This document shows positions 52,863-63,892 of a DNA stretch of 64,000 bases, one piece after another. The DNA comes from Mytilus trossulus. Taxonomy: Eukaryota. The position numbers and the translations under genes were made by a program. A model generated the notes under the pieces. The model had not been told where the DNA came from. It saw only the letters and a list, made by a program, of their open reading frames with translations, and searched no databases. Every line of letters starts with the position of its first letter. Positions within the stretch are counted from its first letter, which is position 1. The stretch is taken from contig NC_086376.1 in assembly GCF_036588685.1 (NCBI RefSeq), positions 37,324,001-37,388,000 of the forward strand, given 5' to 3'.

Positions 52863-53018
52863 CAGTGTAACCTGCCTAATCCAACACACTGGGGTCCAGA
52901 AAAAAATGTCGAATTAAGCAGGACGTCAGAATAATCAGTTTTTTTCTGAAAGAATAGGTATAATTTTGGACCATAAAATGTTGGAATACTCAGGTGTCAG
53001 ATTAGGCAAGTTACATTG
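52863..53018. mobile_element. Tc1/mariner-type MITE
   Basis: TA flanks. TIR CAGTGTAACCTGCCTAATC / GATTAGGCAAGTTACATTG. Confidence 0.75.
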
Positions 53019-53414
53019 TAGTACTTTAATCAGTTCTAGCTAGAAGATAGTATGGTTAGTGAGTTTATGAAATGACAGCTAGCTGTTAGGATTGTATAGT
53101 TCTAAATTGGTTTGACAGGAGGATGGTATGAGATTTACCATATTTTTGTAACAGAAGTAGGCCACTTAGAGATCTGCCATAGTTTTTGCTTTTTAATTGA
53201 GAGGTAGAGTGTTGAAAGATTTAACTTTGGTTAAGCTAGGAGGTAGGCAAATATTTGATGTACCTTATTTTAGCTAGGGGGTTGGATAGCAAATAAGTTA
53301 ACATAGTTTATTACCAGATAGGCTGATGTGAAAGTTACCTTAGTTTAAGCTAGGAGGTAGAGCAAGTTTTACCTTTGGTTAAGCTAGGAGGTAGGTTTCT
53401 GTATTAAAGATGTA

Positions 53415-53556
53415 CTGTGAACCAACTTATTTTCGCGACTTTTAGGAGTAGAAAAATAAGTGAAAATAGATTGTCGCTTGTATTCAAAACTCAGATCTTT
53501 TGTTATTAAACCACACCAGCAAAATATAGTATCTGCAAAAATAAGTTGGTTTACAG
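53415..53556. mobile_element. TA-flanked MITE (related remnants about 8690-8875, 14450-14665, 36235-36408)
   Basis: TA-CTGTGAACCAACTTATTTT ... AAAATAAGTTGGTTTACAG-TA. Confidence 0.7.
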
Positions 53557-53635
53557 TACCTGAATTAAAGCTTGGAGGAAGGATAGCGAATGAGTTACCA
53601 TAGTTAACTAGCAGAAAGGCTGATTTGAAATTTAC

Positions 53636-53815
53636 CTTATTTTTAGCTAAGAGGTAGGCTGGAGTATATATAGGTGTCTGATCTCTATCACAGTTATATC
53701 CCATTCTCTTCAGTAAAGACGACAGCATCTCTAATCTGACTGAATTAGATTCCTTCAGTATGTTAAACATCTCTACAGTCGCAGCTATATCAGTGGGATC
53801 TTGATCTAGTAAAAC
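53636..53815 (-). CDS. HLCS: HLCS coding exon 5 (VLLDQDP...FNILKESNSVRLEML...TPAYLLAKNK)
   Basis: Acceptor TTATAG|GTT, donor AAG|GTAAAT. 180 nt. Matches FNLLKSSN...TPLYLL of HLCS. Confidence 0.92.
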
Positions 53816-54019
53816 CTATAAAAAACAGTAATGTAGGTTTTACTGTAATAGTAGAGAAATTGCTTAGTGACTTAAAAAGATTTTATTTATCAAAGTATTT
53901 TTGTATTGATGTTCACTTTTTATTTGTGTTTAAATGATTACCACAACAAATCTTAAAAGTCTTAGCAGTTAATTAAAGATAATAATAAATCATTAAAATA
54001 TATTGTAACTAGAACAAAC

Positions 54020-54822
54020 CTGTGACAGAATAGCTCTTCCTTGACCTTCAGCCTTTGGTTTGATGTCAACAATCATAGCTTGTCCATCTTTATCTTGGCA
54101 AAGGGACTGAATGCACATCAAATCTTTAACAGACTCCTGAGGCAGATAACAGTAACGACCACATAATAGTGTAACCTTCTTCCATTTTTCATAATCAACA
54201 ACAGAAATATCGGGATGAGTACGAAGTTCTCTTCTAGGTACAAAATCAGAATCTAATGAACTTCCAAAGCTTATAACTTTACCACCCTGCTCAATAAACT
54301 GGAGAAAAGCAGCATCTACTCTGTCATACAAATTGTCACATGATACAACTAGTAATGCACAGTTATCTGCCCATGGAATGGAGGCCACCTGGTCATGTTT
54401 CAAATGATACAGGATGTAGCAGTCTGTATTTATACATTGTTCAAATACTGATTTAATATTTTGAAATTTTCTTGCTGAGTCTTTCTTTCCAGCATACACT
54501 AATACATTTGGGGGTTTGGATGTATGACTTTGGTCGGGAGGAATAAAAACAGCTGGCATGGGGATCATTTCACTTAACGCTTCGCCATAACCACTCTCTC
54601 CCATCATCTTTTGCAAATCATCTTCATTTGTTGCTATGGAGTCGATTTCGTCATTGTCATCACCATCTAAAACCTCTTCCATGTTACCAACACTTCTTGA
54701 GGATGCCATTGATTCGTTTGAACATCTTCCAACCTCTGTAGCTTCATCAAAATTATTCATCATACTACACTCCTCATCAGTTTTCTGTACTAAGTTGCTA
54801 GCATGGCCTTCTACGTCTATAC
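54020..54822 (-). CDS. HLCS: HLCS coding exon 4 (acidic linker plus BPL N-terminal domain, KPPNVLVY...YILYHL...PWADNCALLV...GGKV)
   Basis: Acceptor TTTCAG|GT, donor CAG|GTTTGT. 803 nt, phase 1/0. Clear HLCS motifs. Confidence 0.92.
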
Positions 54823-55091
54823 CTGAAATATTTATGATTTCAAATGACATTTCTTTTTTAATTTGAAAATACAATATCAATACTTAAAGAATTAAGCCTT
54901 TACTCTTTATTTTTTTTTACTCTATTTCAGTAAGCTCTGTTAAAGTCACTATATGTGTTATTGGTAAATTCCTTATAATAAAATATCTAAAGATTTTTTT
55001 GGGGATTTAAATATGAGGTCACTGTGCAACAATCTTACTTTAAATCTATCTACATGTAATTTCTAATCCATTTCATACAAATAATACATAC

Positions 55092-55245
55092 TGAGTACTT
55101 TCTGTACAATGAGATCTTCATCTGTTGACAAGGCTAAGTCTGAGAAAGCCACACACATGGCTACAAAATTCTCCTGAGAACATTTCATTATTATACCAAA
55201 AGGAGGTCCGGTCTTCCATGCTATTGGTCTGCCTAGGTCCAACAT
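55092..55245 (-). CDS. HLCS: HLCS coding exon 3 (MLDLGRPIAWKTGPPFGIIMKCSQENFVAMCVAF...QKVL)
   Basis: Acceptor TTTTAG|ATG, donor A|GTATGT, phase 0/1. Similar to HLCS PLACRPGDPY...NFSKLGVAF...QKIVS. Confidence 0.8.
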
Positions 55246-55508
55246 CTAAAATCATATGACTGAAAGCTTTACATTTAGAAAAGTTTTCTCTAATTACATG
55301 TATACTTTCCCTTATATAACGGTAATAAGCATTGTGTATTAGATCCATAAAATTTAGTTGATGCAAACTAAAATTAAAGAGTTCAGAAATGGCAAATTCA
55401 ATTATCTTTTCATTTATAAAGAAACATATATATATAAATATGAAATGTATATAGTTCAAGAAGGGGTAAAATTCTTAAATTTGTCCTAAAGTCCTTGTTT
55501 TTTCTTAC

Positions 55509-55667
55509 ATTAGTTTTCATGTTCTTGGCTTCTTCCTCCTTCATATATTCTTGAGCATCTTCAGGTCTGATAGATTCCACCAATACCCAAACATCTTCTG
55601 ATGATTTATCATATTGATTGGGTTCTAAGGCAAAGTATGTAGTCCATTCAGTCAAGTTTATTTTTAC
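55509..55667 (-). CDS. HLCS: HLCS coding exon 2 (VKINLTEW...KTN)
   Basis: Acceptor CTACAG|GTA, donor AAT|GTAAGA. 159 nt, phase 0/0, joins exons 1 and 3 in frame. Confidence 0.7.
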
Positions 55668-56040
55668 CTGTAGGTATAGAATAAATTTCATACGTTTCTT
55701 CTTAGAATATTTTTTAAATACACTCACCAGTGGAGGATCCTGGGGACATATGATTAGAACACACACACACACACACCCTTTTATCATGGGTTGGGAACCC
55801 CACCTTTTCAAAAAGGTTCCACCCCTGGTCAATAAGATGCCATTGAAATTCCACTGTGTAGTAGCATAACACTAGTGTAGTACATGTATCTCATACTGTG
55901 AAAAAGAAGTGTGCAGTTGTCATGTAATTCTGGATCATAAATGGTAATTTTGCATAATGTCTATAATCTACATATGTAAGTAGAGATCAATTGCACCAAT
56001 CATACCAGGTTCTTAACTTTTGTTTAATTTTGGACCTACA

Positions 56041-56938
56041 TATAAAAAAGAAGATGTGGTATGGTTGCCAATGCGACAAGAAAGAAAATAATGACACACA
56101 TTAACAATTACAGGTCACCGTACGGCCTTCAACAATGAGCAAATCCCATACCGCATATAGTCAGCTATAAAAACCCTGATAAGACACTGTAAAACAATTC
56201 AAGCGAGAAAACTAACGGCCTTATTTATGTAAAAAAATGAACGAAAAACAAAGACGTAACACATAAACAAACGACAACCACTGAATTACAGGCTCCTGAC
56301 TTGGGACAGGCACATACATAAATAATGTGGCGGGGTTAAACATGTTAGCGGGATCCCAACCCTCCCCCTAACCTGGGACAGTGGTATAACAGTACAACAT
56401 AAGAACGAACTATAAAAATCAGTTGAAAAAGGCTTAACTCATCAGATAGACAAAAAATAAAAGTGGACGTGGCCGGGTACTTATACATCCCGACACAAAA
56501 AGACACAATGAACAGATTTGAGAGTACTCGCAGTTATCTGACAGCTAGTTCAAAGCCATTAACAACTAATAAAAAAATCATGCCTCTAAGACTAAGCAAT
56601 CAATCCATACACATCCAACATACAATGGATTTAGTGTAAAGACGTCATAAACAGCCAGAGAAAAACATGACCTTGTGCAATGCCAATTTACAGGTATCGA
56701 CAGATTGTAGATCCATGAAAATGTATATGTATATAACATACTAGTAATATTTAGTTAGCTTTTAATCTACTGATAACGAAATCAATATTTATACCAATAA
56801 AAACAATATTCAATGATCTTATTACAGTGTTGAATAGGTAACCTTTTAGAATAAGTTTATTTAAAGGAGCACGGTTAACAACATTTCCGTAAAAATGAGG
56901 ATGTGCTATCCCGTTTGAAATAAGTTTTCTACGTTTAT
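56041..56938 (-). mobile_element. 3' fragment of a second Penelope-like RT subfamily, in HLCS intron 1
   Basis: The peptide GIAHPHFYGNV...PLNKLILKGY..NTVIRSL is homologous to the end of ORF 57777-58196. A distinct 3' UTR follows. Confidence 0.7.
56278..56384 (-). ncRNA. Twister ribozyme, P5 permutation, core motifs intact
   Basis: Minus strand reads CAGG-TTA-GGGG-GAGGG-TT-GGGATCCC-GCT-AACATGTT-TAA-CCCC-GCC-ACAT[loop]ATGT-G-CCTG-TCCCAAGT-CAGG-AG-CCTG, with outer stem CCACTG/CAGTGG. Predicted U^A cleavage between 56338 and 56337. Confidence 0.8.
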
Positions 56939-57136
56939 ATACATGAATATAGTGGTGAAATATCATTGAAATTCAAACAAATGTTGATAACCTCACACAG
57001 GTTCAAGCATTTACAGCACTAAATTTAGCCAAAAATGTTAAGCATTTACCATGTTTACTGGAAATTAATCAAAATTTAATAGAGAAAAACACATTTTTTT
57101 TAAACTGATAATATAATTTTAGCCACTGGTACTAGC

Positions 57137-58223
57137 TATAAAATTGAGAATGGAAATGGGGAATGTGTCAAAGAGACAACAACCCGACCAAATAAAAAAA
57201 CAACAGCAGAAGGTCCCCAACAGGTCTTCAATGTAGCAAGATATTCCCGCACCTGGAGGCGTCCTTCAGCTGGCCCCTAAACAAATATATACCAGTTCGG
57301 TGATATTGAACACCATACTAATTTCCAAATTGTACACAAGAAACTAAAATTAAAATAATACAAGACTAACAAAGGCCAGAGGCTCCTGACTTGGGACATG
57401 CCAAAAATGGGGCGGGGTTAAACATGTTTGTGAGTTCTCAACCCTCCCATTTATACCTCTACCCAATGTAGAAAAGTAAACGCATAACAATACACACATT
57501 AAAATTCAGTTCAGGAGAAGTCCGAGTCTGATGTAAGAAGAAGTAACCAAAGAAAATAAACAAAATGACAATAATACATAAATACAACAGACTACTAGCA
57601 GTTAACTGACATGCCAACTTCAGACTTCTATTAAACTGACTAAAAGATTATGATTTCATCATATGAGCATCAGGCACAATCCTTCCCGTTAGGGGTTTAG
57701 TATCATACCATCATAAGATATATGAGAATAACATAACCCGTGTCATACCAACAACTGTTTTTTTTAATAAATGTGTTTAGTTCGGACGCAAAGACCCTAT
57801 AAGTGAATCAATATTAACGTCAAAATATGCAATCTTTAATGACCTGACAACAGTATCGTAACTATATCCCTTCTTAATAAGTCTATTCAAAGGTTTTGTT
57901 ATTTTCTGAGGTGAATACTGACACCTTTGTGCTTTATAAAGAATATTTCCATAAAAAATTGGATGTGAAATACCTGCACGTATAAGAAGTCTGCATGTTG
58001 AGCTATATTTACGAATGATGTCCTTATACCGATGATAAAATTTAGTACATGTTTTGACTAGTTTGTGATATCGAAAACTCTGGTGTAATAATTTTTCAGT
58101 AATACATAAATTTCTCTCGTTAAAATCTAAAACATTGTTACATACACGAGCCAATCGTACAAGTTGGGATATATAAACACCGTAAGATGGTGACAATGGA
58201 ACGTCACCATCTAAAAATGGATA
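57137..58223 (-). mobile_element. 5'-truncated Penelope-like RT element (RT C-terminal region plus 3' UTR), in HLCS intron 1
   Basis: YPFLDGDVPLSPSYGVYISQLVRLARVC...EKLLHQ is typical of the PLE RT thumb region. No C-terminal GIY-YIG. Same family as 4500-5430. Confidence 0.75.
57374..57463 (-). ncRNA. Degenerate twister copy
   Basis: GAGGG...TAACCCCGCC...TCCCAAGTCAGG retained. P2, P4 and one palindrome carry mismatches. Confidence 0.6.
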
Positions 58224-58379
58224 GAATATTTCACCTCACTGATTCATAAACTGGTTACTGAAGATGTTCACCAGACAAAGATGTTTCAAGGATTTGATAA
58301 CACTTAGCTTTTAGGTAAGAGATTTATCATAAGTGTAAGCAACATCATGGTTTTAAAATTTTACCAATGTCAACCTTAC

Positions 58380-58616
58380 CTTCGGAGTTATTTCTGATAA
58401 AATAATCCTGGAATCGCGGATGTGATTGACCCTCTGAATGTAAGACACATCTTTCAGCAGTTGGTCAGTGAGAGTGTCAAAAGTGCCGTATTTATGGGCT
58501 AATACTGAACCTCGTTGGAAAATGTCAGTGATTGTCTTTCTATACAGTGTATGTTTACGTGTCCGACGTAACCAGTGGACAGCGTATAAATACAGATATC
58601 CGGCTGTTATGAACAT
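58380..58616 (-). CDS. HLCS: HLCS coding exon 1 (start MFITAGYLYLYAVHW...). The exon extends 5' as UTR to an acceptor at 58657-58658.
   Basis: N-terminus resembles the long vertebrate HLCS start (MLITLCYLYLWARW, recalled). Donor AAG|GTAAGG at 58380/58379, phase 0. Upstream TTGCAG acceptor. Confidence 0.8.
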
Positions 58617-59306
58617 CTTTTTATCTTGTCATGTAGAATTCAACATCCATTTCATCCTGCAAAGATACAACATAATGAAGAATTAGTTTGACAGCCGCTG
58701 TGGCTCTGTTATTTTTTTATCGTTTGGCGTTGTTAACGTAATCAAGACTGTTATCTTTGTTTGCTTATTATTATAAGCAGATCATGATGTGAGGTATAAA
58801 TGAAGTCAATGAGTCAGTAATTGGAGGACAAAGTAACATTTAAGCGTGTGTGCTTGAGACTAGCACCCATACATATATTACATTGTAAAACAATCTTGAC
58901 ACATTGTAGTTATGTGTTTTAATCAATCATAAATTAACCACATCTTTTGGACTCTTAAAGATTTGTCTCATTGGCAAACATACATTTGTACCACATCTCC
59001 TTATTTTATAATGATCAAATCTCAAAATTACTTTATATCACACATCTAAATAATATGTTGAGTCCAAAAATTGTTCATTGTGTGAAAAACAGATGTTATC
59101 ACTATTACTTCAAGATTGGCAGTAAAACCTCCCATTAAACATGTTGAAGTAATCACAGGGGCTTGTGTAGTGGTTCAGACGAGGCTTTACTGTCAATGGT
59201 GGTCGCTTTCCTATAGACTATTTTTGAGGTATAATAGGGAATAATTCTACTGAAATATAATTGATTGAACACAGCCTTTTATAAAAAAAAATTGACTATG
59301 TTTACC

Positions 59307-59415
59307 TAGTCCAAATAATAATGACGTCTGGCAAGGCTATTTTAATTTTTTTCTGGGACGCCCTCCCAGAAAAAAATTAAAATAGTCTTGCCAGATGTCA
59401 TAATTATTAGGACTA
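59307..59415. mobile_element. Palindromic MITE, TAG...CTA ends with a perfect 9-bp TSD (AcademH- or Mutator-like)
   Basis: 109-bp hairpin. ATGTTTACC at 59298-59306 and 59416-59424. Confidence 0.8.
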
Positions 59416-59739
59416 ATGTTTACCATGTTTACTCCCACAGATACAAACTTCATGGTGTATATCAATAGTTTTCAATGCATGTAGTATCTAAGTATATAAA
59501 GAGTCGGTGGCAAGTAAGAAGCATTTGCTTAAACTAGTGATGTTTAAGTAATAAGTTAAATGTAAGCCATAATAGGGTCTTCAATTTGAATTTCTTTCAA
59601 TATGTGTTAAGCACTTGATAGGTTCTAAATGGTAATTTTTATGAATTTAAAAGCAATTTTATCTTTGAAATCGGAACAGTAAGCACACAATTTTTTTCTC
59701 ATATAATATTTTTGCATTGTCATTTAGCAATATAAGTAG

Positions 59740-59817
59740 ATTATGTTATGATAATGATTTGATAATGTTATGATAATGATTATGTTATGATAATGATTAT
59801 GATAATGTTTTGATAAT
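59740..59817. repeat. (TATGATAATGAT)n-like simple repeat at the LINE 5' junction
   Basis: Directly visible repeated TGATAATG. Confidence 0.7.
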
Positions 59818-62741
59818 GGGTGATTTAAACTTCAATATGCTTGATGACAATAAAAGCTCAACTTTAAATGATTCTTGTGATATTTTCTGTATTAAAAACA
59901 TTATTAATAAAGCAACATGTTATAATAGAAATTCGAAACCAACTCTTCTTGATGTAATTTTAACTAATCAAGAAAATAAATGTGGTAAAAGATGTAATTT
60001 TGGATGTGGCTTAAGTGATGTTCACAACCTGATTGGGGTTCAAATAAAATGTGAACGACCTAATATCAAACCAAAATACAGAAAATGTAGAAGTTTTAAA
60101 AATTTTGATGTAAATGATTTTTTATCTGATTTGAATGAGTTAAATTGGGATGTTGACCCTCATAATAACATAAATACTGAGTATGAAAACTTCAACAAGA
60201 AGTTTATTGAAACAGCAAATAAACATGCACCCTTTAAAGAAAGAAAATACTATCTAAACAGATACCATACATGAACAAACAGTTAAAATCTGCAATTTAT
60301 AAAAAGAAAATGCTTTACAACAAATTTCAAAACAGCAAGACATGGGATGCATACAAAACACAAAGAAATTTTGTCACTAAACTTAAAAAACAATCCATAA
60401 ATAGATACTTCATAGAACGCTGCACAGGTGGTCCTAAGTCGAAAGATTTCTGGCCAACAGTTAAGCCATTCCTTACCAACAAAGGATGCACCAGCCAAAA
60501 AGAAACCATACTGCAGGAAAACAACAAAATCATCACGAACCAACAAGAAATATCTGAAATTTTTAATGACTTTTTTGTTAATGTTGCAAAAAACATTGGT
60601 GACAACAACATACAGGTGAATGACAAACACCCAAGTATAGAAGCTATAAGTAATAAATACTCAAACGGGTCAAAATCAAATAAACTTATTTTTCAGCCTA
60701 TAAATGAGGAATTTGTTTCTAAAAGAATTGGTAAAATAAATGTTAAAAAGGCTACTGGTATAGATGGTATATCACCAAAAATTTTACACGCTGCTAAACC
60801 TGTAGTGATTAAACCTATCACACAGCTTGTAAATTTATCATTATCCACTTCCATTTTTCCAGACTCATTAAAAATTGCCCAAGTGGCACCTGTTCACAAA
60901 AAAAATAGTGTTCTTGAAAAGGGTAATTATAGACCAGTTAGTGTTTTACCTGCTATATCTAAAATTTTTGAAACAGCCATAGAAAATCAACTCACTAAAT
61001 ACTTTGATGATATTTTCGACCATTTTCTTGCGGCATTTCGAGCTGGTTATGGCTGCCGGTCAACATTACTCAAAATTTTGGAAGATTGGAAAAAGGCACT
61101 GGATAATAATAAATATTTAGCGGCTATATTAATGGACCTAAGTAAAGCCTTTGACTGTCTTCCACATGATTTACTTCTTTTGAAATTGGAAAATATGGCC
61201 TTAGTCCATCTGCTCTGGAATTACTCAAAAGCTATCTGACTGCAAGAAAACAGTGTGTAAAAATAGGCCAGAGTATCAGTCAAATGCAAGATATATATAA
61301 AGGTGTTCCTCAGGGATCTATACTAGGCCCTGTATTATTTAATGTTTTTATAAATGATATTTTTCTTTTTGTCAAACACTGTGATTTATACAACTATGCT
61401 GATGATAACACCCTCTCAAAAACAGGTACTACTTTGGAATCAGTTATTAAACCCTTAGAGGAAGACAGTAATTCCCTAATCTCATGGTTCTCTTTCAACA
61501 AAATGCAGGCAAACCCAGAAAAATTCCAGGCAATTTCCATAGGTAAAAAAACACACACTCAAAATATTACTTTCAACCTAAATGGATTCAACATAAAATG
61601 TGACGACGAAGTGAAACTTCTCGGTGTAACAATAGACTTTAAACTGGATTTTAACACTCACATCTCAAATATTTGCAAAAAAGCTGCACGACAACTAAAC
61701 GTTCTAAAAAGAATTGGCACTCATCTCACCAGACTTTCAAAACTTACAATATACCACTCATTTATCATGTCAAACCTCAGCTACTGTCCTCTTACATGGC
61801 ACTTCTGCAGTGAACAAAACACAAAGAAAATAGAAAAAATACAAGAAAGAGCACTCAGATTTATTTATGACGACTACACAAATTCTTACAATACACTTCT
61901 TGAACAATCTAAGCTACCAGCACTAAAAATCAGAAGATTGAGAACCATGGCATTAGAGACATATAAAATAATAAATAAATCAAGTCCAGAATTCCTACAT
62001 AATTTAGTAAATATTAAAGAAAATTCATATAACTTCAGGTACAAAGGCATAGCAGATATACCACGGCCAAAAACAACAAGGTATGGTAATAAAAACTTTA
62101 GTTATGAGGCAGCAAAACTCTGGAACTCCTTGCCAAATGAGGCAAGGAGCTTATCAACTTTTGGCCAGTTCAAAAATTTTATCTCCACCTGGTGTTTTTC
62201 AGAAAAATGTACATGCAGTTCTTGTAAATAATGTACTTACTTGCTGCCCCATAACTTGATCTCGAAGCCTGCTGTTTATTTGGTTTTTTTAATGTTTTAT
62301 TTTTTTGCAGTTATTTTTATTTTTTATTTAGCCATTTATTTCTTTTGCTTATGCATTACCTTTGCTATAGCTGCATGCAGTCTTTTGTTTGTGCTTAAAG
62401 TGTTTAAAAGTTTGCATGTGCTACTGTTATATAAATACTATGTGCTACTGTATATGTGCTGATATTAGACATTTGTTTTAATCTATCTTGCAATGCTTAG
62501 CTTTTATTCTGCATGTGCTATCTATGTATTAATATATATATGTGCTATCTATGTATTAATATATATATATGTGCTGTCTATTTGCATATTTGTGTTGTAT
62601 GTGTGTCTGATGTTATTACATGTATGTTTTGTTTATTAATATCAGTCGGTTAAAGAGCTCTTAAGAGCTCATGTTCATTGTTATTATGTATATATATGCA
62701 ACCCGACTTTAAATAAAGATTACTTTACTTTACTTTACTTT
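59810..62741 (+). mobile_element. 5'-truncated CR1-group LINE; ORF2 (APE endonuclease end plus RT) broken by two frameshifts
   Basis: IMGDLN, LLDVILTN, LSDVH (endonuclease). NYRPVSVL, MDLSKAFD, GVPQGSILGP, YADD (RT). 3' AATAAA followed by a (TACTT)n tail. Confidence 0.93.
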
Positions 62742-63610
62742 AGATTATAAGATATATGTAAAATACTTTTGTAGGGGCTGAAAACTGGTCTGTACGGGAT
62801 TGTCGTTCCTGAATTTTCTTAAAACGTTTTCCTGACTATGAATTTTAGCTTTAAAAATATGTATATATGTACCGTAATCAGTCTTTTTATTCCGTTAAAT
62901 ATTAGATTTTGTATTGAAATCATCAATATGTCAGTCAAAAATATTAGCTTGGATTTACAAAAGCAACAATCAAAAGCAACAGTTAAATCTTACAATCAGT
63001 TTTAGTAATGATTTGTATTCACATCCTTGGTTTTAGTTATTCTCGATCGATTTACGGATTTCTCCAGTCCGTATAGAAGGATTAGAATACATAGACTGTC
63101 ATAGATTAGAATAAGCTAGTTCGTTTCCCTCTGTAAAATGATTCAGTATATCTCCGAAATATACAAATTCTATCAAGATCATTTATAGTTAGATCATTTA
63201 CATATACTGATGCCTTTTAGAGATATTTCAGTGATTAATCCTTCATTGTAAGATCCATAATCCGTAGTTGATATGCCTTATTCTGTATCTAACCAGAGCA
63301 GCACGACAATGTTGTAACAGGAACTGGCTGCCACTCACTCTACTTACCATTCAGGGGCACAGGAATTACCTTCCATCTATTGCGTTTCATAATATTTAGG
63401 TTTTCTTTTTTTGTTTAGTTGAGTATTGCTTGTATTTAACTTGTTTTATTTTTGTCATTGACAAGTTGAGGGTTTTTTTTTCGAAATATGGTTTTCAATA
63501 GCTCCTTGTAGGATTTTCAAACTCCTTATATAAACCCATCGTTTATTTTTACCATTTACACTACTTTCCTCTACGCTCAATGGAAAAATCGAATACCTCG
63601 TTTCATAAAG

Positions 63611-63892
63611 CAGGGGTTGAAATCATAAAACTTTGCTCAGTGCTCGGAGCACAAAAATCATGCTCGAAACATGAAATCCAGTATTTTGATTGGTTGATTT
63701 TCGAGTACGAGTACAAAAAAACTGACTCTAAAGTTTTATGACCGCAAGACCTGGCCTTGCGGTCATAAAACTTTCGAGCACGATTTTTGTACTCGGACTC
63801 GAGAATCAACCAATCAAAATGATGGATTTCATGTTTCGAGCATGATTTTTGTGCTCCGAGCACTGAGCAAAGTTTTATGACTTCAAGGCCAG
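63611..63892. mobile_element. Head-to-head dimer of a MITE of about 137 bp, forming a palindrome of about 280 bp
   Basis: Each half has its own TCATAAAACTTT/AAAGTTTTATGA TIRs. The halves are reverse complements. CWG trinucleotides at 63611, 63751 and 63890. Confidence 0.75.

Larger units (their letters stand above)
52140..53662. repeat. Degenerate minisatellite of about 35-45 bp related to the HLCS exon 5 3' junction
   Basis: Recurrent TTACCTT..TT.AGCTAGGAGGTAGG resembles 53631-53660. Confidence 0.6.

Noticed and set aside
55118-55459. 113-aa ORF overlapping HLCS exon 3
   Set aside because: Alternative frame through intron sequence. The HLCS-like residues are in the 55245 frame.
56418-56446. 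CTGATGAG hammerhead-like start on the minus strand
   Set aside because: No GAAA after the putative stem II and no stem III or cleavage triplet.
63603-63863. 86-aa ORF
   Set aside because: A by-product of the palindromic MITE dimer.
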